Positions 22,401 through 37,009 of a stretch of 64,000 nt of DNA are shown here, in pieces. Positions within the stretch are counted from its first letter, which is position 1. Each line of letters begins with the position of its first letter. The notes under the pieces were generated by a model. The model was not told where the DNA came from. It saw only the letters and a program-made list of their open reading frames with translations, and ran no database searches. Source of the stretch: Eledone cirrhosa (Eukaryota); NCBI GenBank assembly GCA_964016885.1, contig OZ024741.1, positions 249,984,001 to 250,048,000 of the forward strand, written 5' to 3'. The position numbers and the translations under genes were made by a program.

Positions 22401-25400
22401 GATAAGTTCCTGCCTCCAAGGGGAGATAATTTCCAGCCAGCCAAGGGGAGATAATTTGTAAAAAAATCAGGGGGAGATAATTTGTAAAAAAATCAGGGGG
22501 AGATAATTTGTAAAAAAAAAATCAGGGGGAGATAATTTGTAAAAAAAATCAGGGGGAGATAATTTGTAAAAAAAATCAGGGGTAGATAATTTGTAAAAAA
22601 AATCAGGGGGAGATAATTTGTAAAAAAAATCAGGGGGAGATAATTTGTAAAAAAAATCAGGGGTAGATAATTTTCAGCCCTCCAAGGGGAGATAATTTCC
22701 ATCCTTCCAAGGGGAGATAATTTCCAGCCGTCCAAGGGGAGATAATTTCCCGCCAGCCAAGGAGAGATAACATTTAAAAAAATCAGGCGGAGATAATTTG
22801 TAAAAAAAATCAGGGGGAGATAATTTGTAAAAAAATTAGGGGGAGATAATTTGTAAAAAAAATCAGGGGTAGATAATTTCCAGCCGTCCAAGGGGAGATA
22901 ATTTCCATCCTTCCAAGGGGAGATAATTTCCAGCCGTCCAAGGGGAGATAATTTCCCGCCAGCCAAGGAGAGATAATATTTAAAAAAATCAGGCGGAGAT
23001 AATTTGTAAAAAAAATCAGGGGGAGATAATTTGTAAAAAAATCAGGGGGAGATAATTTGTAAAAAAAAATCAGGGGGAGATAATTTGTAAAAAAAATCAG
23101 GGGGAGATAATTTGTAAAAAAAAATCAGGGGTAGATAATTTGTAAAAAAAAATCAGGTGGAGATAATTTGTAAAAAAAAATCAGGGGGAGATAATTTGTA
23201 AAAAAATCAAGGGGAGATAATTTCCAGCCGTCCAAGGGGAGATAATTTTCAGCCGTCCAAGGAGAGGTAATTTCTAGCCGTCCAAGGGGAGATAATTTCC
23301 AGCCGTCCAAGGGGAGATAATTTTTTTTTAAAAATCAGGCGGAGATAATTTGTAAACAAAAATCAGGGGGAGATAATTTGTAAAAAAAAATCAGGGGGAG
23401 ATAAATTGTAAAAAAAAATCAGGGGGAGATAATTTGTAAAAAAAATCAAGGGGAGATAATTTCCAGCCGTCCAAGGGGAGGTAATATCTAGCCATCCAAG
23501 GGGAGATAATTTCTAGCCGTCCAAGGGGAGATAATTTCCAGCCGTCCAAGGGGAGATAATATCCAGCCGTCCAAGGAGACATATTTTCCAGCCGTCCAAG
23601 GAGACGTAATTTCTAGCCGTCCAAGGGGAGATAAGTTCCAGCCTCCAAGGGGAGATAATTTCCAGCCAGCCAAGGGGAGATAATTTGTAAAAAAATTAGG
23701 GGGAGATAATTTGTAAAAAAAAATTAGGGGGAGATAATTTGTAAAAAAAAATCAGGGGGAGATAATTTGTAAAAAAAAATCAGGGGGAGATAATTTGTAA
23801 AAAAAAATCAGGGGGAGATAATTTGTAAAAAAAAAATCAGGCGGAGATAATTTGTAAAAAAATCAAGGGGAGATAATTTCCAGCCGTCCAAGGGGAGATA
23901 ATTTTCAGCCGTCCAAGGAGAGGTAATTTCTAGCCGTCCAAGGGGAGATAATTTCCAGCCGTCCAAGGGGAGATAATTTTTTTAAAAAAATCAGGCGGAG
24001 ATAATTTGTAAACAAAAATCAGGGGGAGATAATTTGTAAAAAAAATCAGGGGGAGATAATTTGTAAAAAAAATCAGGGGGAGATAATTTGTAAAAAAAAT
24101 CAAGGGGAGATAATTTGTAAAAAAAAATCAGGGGTAGATAATTTGTAAAAAAAAATCAGGGGGAGATAATTTGTAAAAAAAAAATCAGGGGGAGATAATT
24201 TGTAAAAAAATCAAGGGGAGATAATTTCCAGCCGTCCAAGGGGAGATAATTTTAAGCCGTCCAAGGAGAGGTAATTTCTAGCCGTCCAAGGGGAGATAAT
24301 CTCCAGCCAGCCAAGGGGAGATAATTTGTAAAAAAATCAGGGGTAGATAATTTGTAAAAAAAAATCAGGGGGAGATAATTTGTAAAAAAAATCAGGGGGA
24401 GATAATTTGTAAAAAAAATCAGGGGTAGATAATTTCCAGCCGTCCAAGGGGAGATAATTTCCATCCTTCCAAGGGGAGATAATTTCCAGCCGTCCAAGGG
24501 GAGATAATTTCCCGCCAGCCAAGGAGAGATAACATTTAAAAAAATCAGGCGGAGATAATTTGTAAAAAAAATCAGGGGGAGATAATTTGTAAAAAAATCA
24601 GGGGGAGATAATTTGTAAAAAAAATCAGGGGTAGATAATTTCCAGCCGTCCAAGGGGAGATAATTTCCATCCTTCCAAGGGGAGATAATTTCCAGCCGTC
24701 CAAGGGGAGATAATTTCCCGCCAGCCAAGGAGAGATAATATTTAAAAAAATCAGGCGGAGATAATTTGAAAAAAAAATCAGGGGGAGATAATTTGTAAAA
24801 AAATCAGGGGGAGATAATTTGTAAAAAAAAATCAGGGGAGATAATTTGTAAAAAAAATCAGGGGGTGATAATTTGTAAAAAAAATCAGGGGTAGATAATT
24901 TGTAAAAAAAAATCAGGGGGAGATAATTTGTAAAAAAAAAATCAGGGGGAGATAATTTGTAAAAAAATCAAGGGGAGATAATTTCCAACCGTCCAAGGGG
25001 AGATAATTTTCAGCCGTCCAAGGAGGTAATTTCTAGCCGTCCAAGGGGAGATAATTTCCAGCCGTCCAAGGGGAGATAATTTTTTTAAAAAAATCAGGCG
25101 GAGATAATTTGTAAACAAAAATCAGGGGGAGATAATTTGTAAAAAAAAATCAGGGGGAGATAATTTGTAAAAAAAATCAAGGGGAGATAATTTCCAGCCG
25201 TCCAAGGGGAGGTAATATCTAGCCATCCAAAGGGAGATAATTTCCAGCCGTCCAAGGGGAGATAATTTCCAGCCGTCCAAGGGGAGATAATTTCCATCCT
25301 TCCAAGGGGAGATAATTTCCAGCCGTCCAAGGGGAGATAATTTCCCGCCAGCCAAGGGAAGATAATTTTTTAAAAAATCAGGCGGAGATTGTAAAAAAAA

Positions 25401-28400
25401 TCAGGGGGAGATAATTTGTAAAAAAATCAGGGGGAGATAATTTGTAAAAAAAAAATCAGGGGGAGATAATTTGTAAAAAAAAATCAGGGGGAGCTAATTT
25501 GTAAAAAAAATCAGGGGGAGATAATTTGTAAAAAAAAATCAGGGGGAGATAATTTGTAAAAAAAAAATCAGGGGGAGATAATTTGTAAAAAAATCAAGGG
25601 GAGATAATTTCCAGCCGTCCAAGGGGAGATAATTTTCAGCCGTCCAAGGAGGTAATTTCTAGCCGTCCAAGGGGAGATAATTTCCAGCCGTCCAAGGGGA
25701 GATAATTTTTTTAAAAAAATCAGGCGGAGATAATTTGTAAACAAAAATCAGGGGGAGATAATTTGTAAAAAAAAATCAGGGGGAGATAATTTGTAAAAAA
25801 AAATCAGGGGTAGATAATTTGTAAAAAAAATCAAGGGGAGATAATTTCCAGCCGTCCAAGGGGAGGTAATATCTAGCCATCTAAGGGGAGATAATTTCCA
25901 GCCGTCCAAGGGGAGATAATTTCCAGCCGTCCAAGGGGAGATAATATCCAGCCGTCCAAGGAGACATATTTTCCAGCCGTCCAAGGAGAGGTAATTTCTA
26001 GCCGTCCAAGGGGAGATAAGTTCCAGCCTCCAAGGGGAGATAATTTCCAGCCAGCCAAGGGGAGATAATTTGTAAAAAAATCAGGGGGAGATAATTTGTA
26101 AAAAAAATCAGGGGGAGATAATTTGTAAAAAAATCAGGGGGAGATAATTTCTAAAAAAAAAATCAGGGGGAGATAATTTGTAAAAAAAATCAGGGGGAGA
26201 TAATTTGTAGAAAAAATCAGGGGTAGATAATTTGTAAAAAAAATCAGGGGGAGATAATTTGTAAAAAAAATCAGGGGGAGATAATTTGTAAAAAAAATCA
26301 GGGGTAGATAATTTCCAGCCGTCCAAGGGGAGATAATTTCCATCCTTCCAAGGGGAGATAATTTCCAGCCGTCCAAGGGGAGATAATTTCCCGCCAGCCA
26401 AGGAGAGATAATATTTAAAAAAATCAGGCGGAGATAATTTGTAAAAAAAATCAGGGGGAGATAATTTGTAAAAAAATCAGGGGGAGATAATTTGTAAAAA
26501 AAAATCAGGGGGAGATAATTTGTAAAAAAAATCAGGGGGAGATAATTTGTAAAAAAAATCAGGGGTAGATAATTTGTAAAAAAAAATCAGGGGGAGATAA
26601 TTTGTAAAAAAAAAATCAGGGGGAGATAATTTGTAAAAAAATCAAGGGGAGATAATTTCCAGCCGTCCAAGGGGAGATAATTTTCAGCCGTCCAAGGAGA
26701 GGTAATTTCTAGCCGTCCAAGGGGAGATAATTTCCAGCCGTCCAAGGGGAGATAATTTTTTTAAAAAAATCAGGCGGAGATAATTTGTAAACAAAAATCA
26801 GGGGGAGATAGTTTGTAAAAAAAAATCAGGGGGAGATAATTTGTTAAAAAAAATCAGGGGGAGATAATTTGTAAAAAAAATCAAGGGGAGATAATTTCCA
26901 GCCGTCCAAGGGGAGGTAATATCTAGCCATCCAAGGGGAGATAATTTCCAGCCGTCCAAGGGGAGATAATTTCCAGCCGTCCAAGGGGAGATAATATCCA
27001 GCCGTCCAAGGAGACATATTTTCCAGCCGTCCAAGGAGAGGTAATTTCTAGCCGTCCAAGGGGAGATAAGTTCCTGCCTCCAAGGGGAGATAATTTCCAG
27101 CCAGCCAAGGGGAGATAATTTGTAAAAAAATCAGGGGGAGATAATTTGTAAAAAAAAAATCAGGGGGAGATAATTTGTAAAAAAATCAGGGGGAGATAAT
27201 TTGTAAAAAAAAAATCAGGGGGAGATAATTTGTAAAAAAAATCAGGGGGAGATAATTTGTAGAAAAAATCAGGGGTAGATAATTTGTAAAAAAAATCAGG
27301 GGGAGATAATTTGTAAAAAAAATCAGGGGGAGATAATTTGTAAAAAAAATCAGGGGTAGATAATTTTCAGCCGTCCAAGGGGAGATAATTTCCATCCTTC
27401 CAAGGGGAGATAATTTCCAGCCGTCCAAGGGGAGATAATTTCCCGCCAGCCAAGGAGAGATAACATTTAAAAAAATCAGGCGGAGATAATTTGTAAATAA
27501 AATCAGGGGGAGATAATTTGTAAAAAAATCAGGGGGAGATAATTTGTAAAAAAAATCAGGGGTAGATAATTTCCAGCCGTCCAAGGGGAGATAATTTCCA
27601 TCCTTCCAAGGGGAGATAATTTCCAGCCGTCCAAGGGGAGATAATTTCCCGCCAGCCAAGGAGAGATAATATTTAAAAAAATCAGGCGGAGATAATTTGT
27701 AAAAAAAATCAGGGGGAGATAATTTGTAAAAAAATCAGGGGGAGATAATTTGTAAAAAAAAATCAGGGGTAGGTAATTTGTAAAAAAAATCAGGGGGAGA
27801 TAATTTGTAAAAAAAATCAGGGGTAGATAATTTGTAAAAAAAAATCAGGGGGCGATAATTTGTAAAAAAAAAATCAGGGGGAGATAATTTGTAAAAAAAT
27901 CAAGGTGAGATAATTTCCAGCCGTCCAAGGGGAGATAATTTTCAGCCTTCCAAGGAGAGGTAATTTCTAGCCGTCCAAGGGGAGATAATTTCCAGCCGTC
28001 CAAGGGGAGATAATTTTTTAAAAAAATCAGGCGGAGATAATTTGTAAACAAAAATCAGGGGGAGATAATTTGTAAAAAAAAATCAGGGGGAGATAATTTG
28101 TAAAAAAAAATCAGGGGGAGATAATTTGTAAAAAAAATCAAGGGGAGATAATTTCCAGCCGTCCAAGGGGAGGTAATATCTAGCCATCCAAGGGGAGATA
28201 ATTTCCAGCCGTCCAAGGGGAGATAATTTCCAGCCGTCCAAGGGGAGATAATATCCAGCCGTCCAAGGAGACATATTTTCCAGCCGTCCAAGGATAGGTA
28301 ATTTCTAGCCGTCCAAGGGGAGATAAGTTCCAGCCTCCAAGGGGAGATAATTTCCAGCCAGCCAAGGGGAGATAATTTGTAAAAAAATCAGGGGGAGATA

Positions 28401-31400
28401 ATTTGTAAAAAAAAAATCAGGGGGAGATAATTTGTAAAAAAATCAGGGGGAGATAATTTGTAAAAAAAAAATCAGGGGGAGATAATTTGTAAAAAAAATC
28501 AGGGGGAGATAATTTGTAAAAAAAATCAGGGGTAGATAATTTGTAAAAAAAATCAGGGGGAGATAATTTGTAAAAAAAATCAGGAGATAATTTGTAAAAA
28601 AAATCAGGGGTAGATAATTTTCAGCCGTCCAAGGGGAGATAATTTCCATCCTTCCAAGGGGAGATAATTTCCAGCCGTCCAAGGGGAGATAATTTCCCGC
28701 CAGCCAAGGAGAGATAACATTTAAAAAAATCAGGCGGAGATAATTTGTAAAAAAATCAGGGGGAGATAATTTGTAAAAAAAAATCAGGGGGAGATAATTT
28801 GTAAAAAAAAATCAGGGGGTGATAATTTGTAAAAAAAAATCAGGGGGAGATAATTTGTAAAATAATCAAGGGGAGATAATTTCCAGCCGTCCAAGGGGAG
28901 ATAATTTTCAGCCGTCCAAGGAGAGGTAATTTCTAGCCGTCCAAGGGGAGATAATTTCCAGCCGTCCAAGGGGAGATAATTTTTAAAAAAAAATCAGGCG
29001 GAGATAATTTGTAAACAAAAATCAGGGGGAGATAATTTGTAAAAAAAAATCAGGGGGAGATAATTTGTAAAAAAAATCAAGGGGAGATAATTTCCAGCCG
29101 TCCAAGGGGAGGTAATATCTAGCCATCCAAGGGGAGATAATTTCCAGCCGTCCAAGGGGAGATAATTTCCAGCCGTCCAAGGGGAGATAATATCCAGCCG
29201 TCCAAGGAGACATATTTTCCAGCCGTCCAAGGAGACGTAATTTCTAGCCGTCCAAGGGGAGATAAGTTCCAGCCTCCAAGGGGAGATAATTTCCAGCCAG
29301 CCAAGGGGAGATAATTTGTAAAAAAATTAGGGGGAGATAATTTGTAAAAAAAAATCAGGGGGAGATAATTTGTAAAAAAAAATCAGGGGGAGATAATTTG
29401 TAAAAAATATCAAGGGGAGATAATTTCCAGCCCTCCAAGGGGCTATAATTTCCAGCCGTGCAAGGGGAGATAATTTCCAGCCGTCCAAGGGGAGATAATT
29501 TCCATCCTTCCAAGGGGAGATAATTTCCAGCCGTCCAAGGGGAGATAATTTCCCGCCAGCCAAGGGAAGATAATTTTTTAAAAAATCAGGCGGAGATTGT
29601 AAAAAAAATCAGGGGGAGATAATTTGTAAAAAAATCAGGGGGAGATAATTTGTAAAAAAAAAATCAGGGGGAGATAATTTGTAAAAAAAAATCAGGGGGA
29701 GATAATTTGTAAAAAAAATCAGGGGGAGATAATTTGTAAAAAAAATCAGGGGTAGATAATTTGTAAAAAAAATCAGGGGGAGATAATTTGTAAAAAAAAT
29801 CAGGGGGAGATAATTTGTAAAAAAAATCAGGGGTAGATAATTTTCAGCCGTCCAAGGGGAGATAATTTCCATCCTTCCAAGGGGAGATAATTTCCAGCCG
29901 TCCAAGGGGAGATAATTTCCCGCCAGCCAAGGAGAGATAACATTTAAAAAAATCAGGCGGAGATAATTTGTAAAAAAATCAGGGCGAGATAATTTGTAAA
30001 AAAAAATCAGGGGGAGATAATTTGTAAAAAAATCAAGGGGAGATAATTTCCAACCGTCCAAGGGGAGATAATTTTCAGCCGTCCAAGGAGGTAATTTCTA
30101 GCCGTCCAAGGGGAGATAATTTCCAGCCGTCCAAGGGGAGATAATTTTTTTAAAAAAATCAGGCGGAGATAATTTGTAAACAAAAATCAGGGGGAGATAA
30201 TTTGTAAAAAAAAATCAGGGGGAGATAATTTGTAAAAAAAATCGAGGGGAGATAATTTCCAGCCGTCCAAGGGGAGGTAATATCTAGCCATCCAAAGGGA
30301 GATAATTTCCAGCCGTCCAAGGGGAGATAATTTCCAGCCGTCCAAGGGGAGATAATATCCAGCCGTCCAAGGAGACATATTTTCCAGCCGTCCAAGGAGA
30401 GGTAATTTCTAGCCGTCCAAGGGGAGATAAGTTCCAGCCTCCAAGGGGAGATAATTTCCAGCCAGCCAAGGGGAGATAATTTTTAAAAAAATCAGGGGGA
30501 GATAATTTGTAAAAAAAAATCAGGGGGAGATAATTTGTAAAAAAATCAGGGGGAGATAATTTGTAAAAAAAAAATCAGGGGGAGATAATTTGTAAAAAAA
30601 ATCAGGGGGAGATAATTTGTAGAAAAAATCAGGGGTAGATAATTTGTAAAAAAAATCAGGGGGAGATAATTTGTAAAAAAAATCAGGGGGAGATAATTTG
30701 TAAAAGAAATCAGGGGTAGATAATTTTCAGTCGTCCAAGGGGAGATAATTTCCAGCCGTCCAAGGGGAGATAATTTCCCGCCAGCCAAGGAGAGATAACA
30801 TTTAAAAAAATCAGGCGGAGATAATTTGTAAAAAAAATCAGGGGGAGATAATTTGTAAAAAAATCAGGGGGAGATAATTTGTAAAAAAAATCAGGGGTAG
30901 ATAATTTCCAGCCGTCCAAGGGGAGATAATTTCCATCCTTCCAAGGGGAGATAATTTCCAGCCGTCCAAGGGGAGATAATTTCCCGCCAGCCAAGGAGAG
31001 ATAATATTTAAAAAAATCAGGCGGAGATAATTTGTAAAAAAAATCAGGGGGAGATAATTTGTAAAAAAATCAGGGGGAGATAATTTGTAAAAAAAAATCA
31101 GGGGGAGATAATTTGTAAAAAAAATCAGGGGGAGATAATTTGTAAAAAAAATCAGGGGTAGATAATTTGTAAAAAAAAATCAGGGGGAGATAATTTGTAA
31201 AAAAAAAATCAGGGGGAGATAATTTGTAAAAAAATCAAGGTGAGATAATTTCCAGCCGTCCAAGGGGAGATAATTTTCAGCCGTCCAAGGAGAGGTAATT
31301 GCTAGCCGTCCAAGGGGAGATAATTTCCAGCCGTCCAAGGGGAGATAATTTTTTTAAAAAAATCAGGCGGAGATAATTTGTAAACAAAAATCAGGGGGAG

Positions 31401-34400
31401 ATAATTTGTAAAAAAAAATCAGGGGGAGATAATTTGTAAAAAAAAATCAGGGGGAGATAATTTGTAAAAAAAATCAAGGGGAGATAATTTCCAGCCGTCC
31501 AAGGGGAGGTAATATCTAGCCATCCAAGGGGAGATAATTTCCAGCCGTCCAAGGGGAGATAATTTCCAGCCGTCCAAGGGGAGATAATATCCAGCCGTCC
31601 AAGGAGACATATTTTCCAGCCGTCCAAGGAGAGGTAATTTCTAGCCGTCCAAGGGGAGATAAGTTCCAGCCTCCAAGGGGAGATAATTTCCAGCCAGCCA
31701 AGGGGAGATAATTTGTAAAAAAATCAGGGGGAGATAATTTGTAAAAAAAAATCAGGGGGAGATAATTTGTAAAAAAATCAGGGGGAGATAATTTGTAAAA
31801 AAAAAATCAGGGGGAGATAATTTGTAAAAAAAATCAGGGGGAGATAATTTGTAAAAAAATCAGGGGTAGATAATTTGTAAAAAAAATCAGGGGGAGATAA
31901 TTTGTAAAAAAAATCAGGGGGAGATAATTTGTAAAAAAAATCAGGGGTAGATAATTTTCAGCCGTCCAAGGGGAGATAATTTCCATCCTTCCAAGGGGAG
32001 ATAATTTCCAGCCGTCCAAGGGGAGATAATTTCCCGCCAGCCAAGGAGAGATAACATTTAAAAAAATCAGGCGGAGATAATTTGTAAAAAAATCAGGGGG
32101 AGATAATTTGTAAAAAAAATCAGGGGGAGATAATTTGTAAAAAAAATCAGGGGGAGATAATTTGTAAAAAAAAATCAGGGGTAGATAATTTGTAAAAAAA
32201 AATCAGGGGGAGATAATTTGTAAAAAAAAATCAGGGGGAGATAATTTGTAAAAAAATCAAGGGGAGATAATTTCCAGCCGTCCAAGGGGAGATAATTTCC
32301 AGCCGTCCAAGGGGAGGTAATATCTAGCCATCCAAGGGGAGATAATTTCCAGCCGTCCAAGGGGAGATAATTTCCAGCCGTCCAAGGGGAGATAATATCC
32401 AGCCGTCCAAGGAGACATATTTTCCAGCCGTCCAATGAGACGTAATTTCTAGCCGTCCAAGGGGAGATAAGTTCCAGCCTCCAAGGGGAGATAATTTCCA
32501 GCCAGCCAAGGGGAGATAATTTGTAAAAAAATCAGGGGAGATAATTTGTAAAAAAAATCAGGGGGAGATAATTTGTAAAAAAAAATCAGGGGTAGATAAT
32601 TTGTAAAAAAAATCAGGGGGAGATAATTTGTAAAAAAAAAATCAGGGGGAGATAATTTGTAAAAAAATCAAGGGGAGATAATTTCCAACCGTCCAAGGGG
32701 AGATAATTTTCAGCCGTCCAAGGAGGTAATTTCTAGCCGTCCAAGGGGAGATAATTTCCAGCCGTCCAAGGGGAGATAATTTTTTTTAAAAAATCAGGCG
32801 GAGATAATTTGTAAACAAAAATCAGGGGGAGATAATTTGTAAAAAAAAATCAGGGGGAGATAATTTGTAAAAAAAATCAGGGGGAGATAATTTGTAAAAA
32901 AAATCAAGGGGAGATAATTTCCAGCCGTCCAAGGGGAGGTAATATCTAGCCATCCAAAGGGAGATAATTTCCAGCCGTCCAAGGGGAGATAATTTCCAGC
33001 CGTCCAAGGGGAGATAATATCCAGCCGTCCAAGGAGACATATTTTCCAGCCGTCCAAGGAGAGGTAATTTCTAGCCGTCCAAGGGGAGATAAGTTCCAGC
33101 CTCCAAGGGGAGATAATTTCCAGCCAGCCAAGGGGAGATAATTTGTAAAAAAATCAGGGGGAGATAATTTGTAAAAAAAAAATCAGGGGGAGATAATTTG
33201 TAAAAAAATCAGGGGGAGATAATTTGTAAAAAAAAAATCAGGGGGAGATAATTTGTAAAAAAAAATCAGGGGGAGATAATTTGTAGAAAAAATCAGGGGT
33301 AGATAATTTGTAAAAAAAATCAGGGGGAGATAATTTGTAAAAAAAATCAGGGGGAGATAATTTCTAAAAAAAATCAGGGGTAGATAATTTTCAGCCGTCC
33401 AAGGGGAGATAATTTCCATCCTTCCAAGGGGAGATAATTTCCAGCCGTCCAAGGGGAGATAATTTCCCGCCAGCCAAGGAGAGATAACATTTAAAAAAAT
33501 CAGGCGGAGATAATTTGTAAAAAAAATCAGGGGGAGATAATTTGTAAAAAAATCAGGGGGAGATAATTTGTAAAAAAAAATCAGGGGTAGATAATTTCCA
33601 GCCGTCCAAGGGGAGATAATTTCCATCCTTCCAAGGGGAGATAATTTCCAGCCGTCCAAGGGGAGATAATTTCCCGCCAGCCAAGGAGAGATAATATTTA
33701 AAAAAATCAGGCGGAGATAATTTGTAAAAAAAATCAGGGGGAGATAATTTGTAAAAAAAAATCAGGGGGAGATAATTTGTAAAAAAAAATCAGGGGGAGA
33801 TAATTTGTAAAAAAAAATCAAGGGGAGATAATTTCCAGCCGTCCAAGGGGAGGTAATATCTAGCCATCCAAGGGGAGATAATTTCCAGCCGTCCAAGGGG
33901 AGATAATTTCCCGCCAGCCAAGGAGAGATAATATTTAAAAAAATCAGGCGGAGATAATTTGTAAAAAAAATCAGGGGGAGATAATTTGTAAAAAAATCAG
34001 GGGGAGATAATTTGTAAAAAAAAATCAGGGGAGATAATTTGTAAAAAAAATCAGGGGGAGATAATTTGTAAAAAAAAATCAGGGGTAGATAATTTGTAAA
34101 AAAAAATCAGGGGGAGATAATTTGTAAAAAAAAAATCAGGGGGAGATAATTTGTAAAAAAATCAAGGGGAGATAATTTCCAGCCGTCCAAGGGGAGATAA
34201 TTTTCAGCCGTCCAAGGAGGTAATTTCTAGCCGTCCAAGGGGAGATAATTTCCAGCCGTCCAAGGGGAGATAATTTTTTTAAAAAAATCAGGCGGAGATA
34301 ATTTGTAAACAAAAATCAGGGGGAGATAATTTGTAAAAAAAAATCAGGGGGAGATAATTTGTAAAAAAAAATCAGGGGGAGATAATTTGTAAAAAAAATC

Positions 34401-37009
34401 AAGGCGAGATAATTTCCAGCCGTCCAAGGGGAGGTAATATCTAGCCATCCAAGGGGAGATAATTTCCAGCCGTCCAAGGGGAGATAATTTCCAGCCGTCA
34501 AAGGGGAGATAATATCCAGCCGTCCAAGGAGACATATTTTCCAGCCGTCCAAGGAGAGGTAATTTCTAGCCGTCCAAGGGGAGATAAGTTCCAGCCTCCA
34601 AGGGGAGATAATTTCCAGCCAGCCAAGGGGAGATAATTTGTAAAAAAATCAGGGGGAGATAATTTGTAAAAAAAAATCAGGGGGAGATAATTTGTAAAAA
34701 AATCAGGGGGAGATAATTTGTAAAAAAAAAATCAGGGGGAGATAATTTGTAAAAAAAATCAGGGGGAGATAATTTGTAGAAAAAATCAGGGGTAGATAAT
34801 TTGTAAAAAAAATCAGGGGGAGATAATTTGTAAAAAAAATCAGGGGGAGATAATTTGTAAAAAAAATCAGGGGTAGATAATTTTCAGCCGTCCAAGGGGA
34901 GATAATTTCCATCCTTCCAAGGGGAGATAATTTCCAGCCGTCCAAGGGGAGATAATTTCCCGCCAGCCAAGGAGAGATAACATTTAAAAAAATCAGGCGG
35001 AGATAATTTGTAAAAAAAATCAGGGGGAGATAATTTGTAAAAAAATCAGGGGGAGATAATTTGTAAAAAAAATCAGGGGTAGATAATTTCCAGCCGTCCA
35101 AGGGGAGATAATTTCCATCCTTCCAAGGGGAGATAATTTCCAGCCGTCCAAGGGGAGATAATTTCCCGCCAGCCAAGGAGAGATAATATTTAAAAAAATC
35201 AGGCGGAGATAATTTGTAAAAAAAATCAGGGGGAGATAATTTGTAAACAAAAATCAGGGGGAGATAATTTGTAAAAAAAATCAGGCGGAGATAATTTGTA
35301 AACAAAAATCAGGGGGAGATAATTTGTAAAAAAAAATCAGGGGGAGATAATTTGTAAAAAAAAATCAGGGGGAGATAATTTGTAAAAAAAAATCAAGGGG
35401 AGATAATTTCCAGCCGTCCAAGGGGAGGTAATATCTAGCCATCCAAGGGGAGATAATTTCCAGCCGTCCAAGGGGAGATAATTTCCAGCCGTCCAAGGGG
35501 AGATAATATCCAGCCGTCCAAGGAGACATATTTTCCAGCCGTCCAAGGAGAGGTAATTTCTAGCCGTCCAAGGGGAGATAAGTTCCTGCCTCCAAGGGGA
35601 GATAATTTCCAGCCAGCCAAGGGGAGATAATTTGTAAAAAAATCAGGGGGAGATAATTTGTAAAAAAAAAATCAGGGGGAGATAATTTGTAAAAAAATCA
35701 GGGTGAGATAATTTGTAAAAAAAAAATCAGGGGGAGATAATTTGTAAAAAAAATCAGGGGGAGATAATTTGTAGAAAAAATCAGGGGTAGATAATTTGTA
35801 AAAAAAATCAGGGGGAGATAATTTATAAAAAAAATCAGGGGGAGATAATTTGTAAAAAAAATCAGGGGTAGATAATTTTCAGCCGTCCAAGGGGAGATAA
35901 TTTCCATCCTTCCAAGGGGAGATAATTTCCAGCCGTCCAAGGGGAGATAATTTCCCGCCAGCCAAGGAGAGATAACATTTAAAAAAATCAGGCGGAGATA
36001 ATTTGTAAAAAAAATCAGGGGGAGATAATTTGTAAAAAAATCAGGGGGAGATAATTTGTAAAAAAAATCAGGGGTAGATAATTTCCAGCCGTCCAAGGGG
36101 AGATAATTTCCATCCTTCCAAGGGGAGATAATTTCCAGCCGTCCAAGGGGAGGTAATATCTAGCCATCCAAGGGGAGATAATTTCCAGCCGTCCAAGGGG
36201 AGATAATTTCCAGCCGTCCAAGGGGAGATAATATCCAGCCGTCCAAGGAGACATATTTTCCAGCCGTCCAAGGAGACGTAATTTCTAGCCGTCCAAGGGG
36301 AGATAAGTTCCAGCCTCCAAGGGGAGATAATTTCCAGCCAGCCAAGGGGAGATAATTTGTAAAAAAATTAGGGGGAGATAATTTGTAAATAAAAATTAGG
36401 GGGAGATAATTTGTAAAAAAAAATCAGGGGGAGATAATTTGTAAAAAAAATCAAGGGGAGATAATTTCCAGCCGTCCAAGGGGAGATAATTTTCAGCCGT
36501 CCAAGGAGAGGTAAATTCTAGCCGTCCAAGGAGATATAATTTCCAGCCGTCCAAGGGGAGATAATTTCCAGCCGTCCAAGGGGAGATAATTTAAAAAAAA
36601 AAATCAGGCGGAGATAATTTGTAAACAAAAATCAGGGGGAGATAATTTTTAAAAAAAAATCAGGGGGAGATAATTTGTAAAAAAAAATCAGGGGGAGATA
36701 ATTTGTAAAAAAATTCAAGGGGAGATAATTTCCAGCCGTCCAAGGGGAGGTAATATCTAGCCATCCAAGGGGAGATAATTTCCAGCCGTCCAAGGGGAGA
36801 TAATATCCAGCCGTCCAAGGGGAGATAATATCCAGCCGTCCAAGGAGACATATTTTCCAGCCGTCCAAGGAGAGGTAATTTCTAGCCGTCCAAGGGGAGA
36901 TAAGTTCCAGCCTCCAAGGGGAGATAATTTCCAGCTAGCCAAGGGGAGATAATTTGTAAAATAATCAGGGGGGAGATAATTTGTAAAAAAAATCAGGGGG
37001 AGATAATTT

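Larger units (their letters stand above)
14660..29990 (+). repeat. Partial duplication: ~14.7-19.5 kb is repeated at ~25.3-29.9 kb (offset 10,605 then 10,399)
   Basis: ORF pairs 15143/25748 (+10605), then 16399/26798, 17656/28055 and 18928/29327 (+10399). The 206-bp change equals loss of one A4-B4 sub-repeat. Confidence 0.85.
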
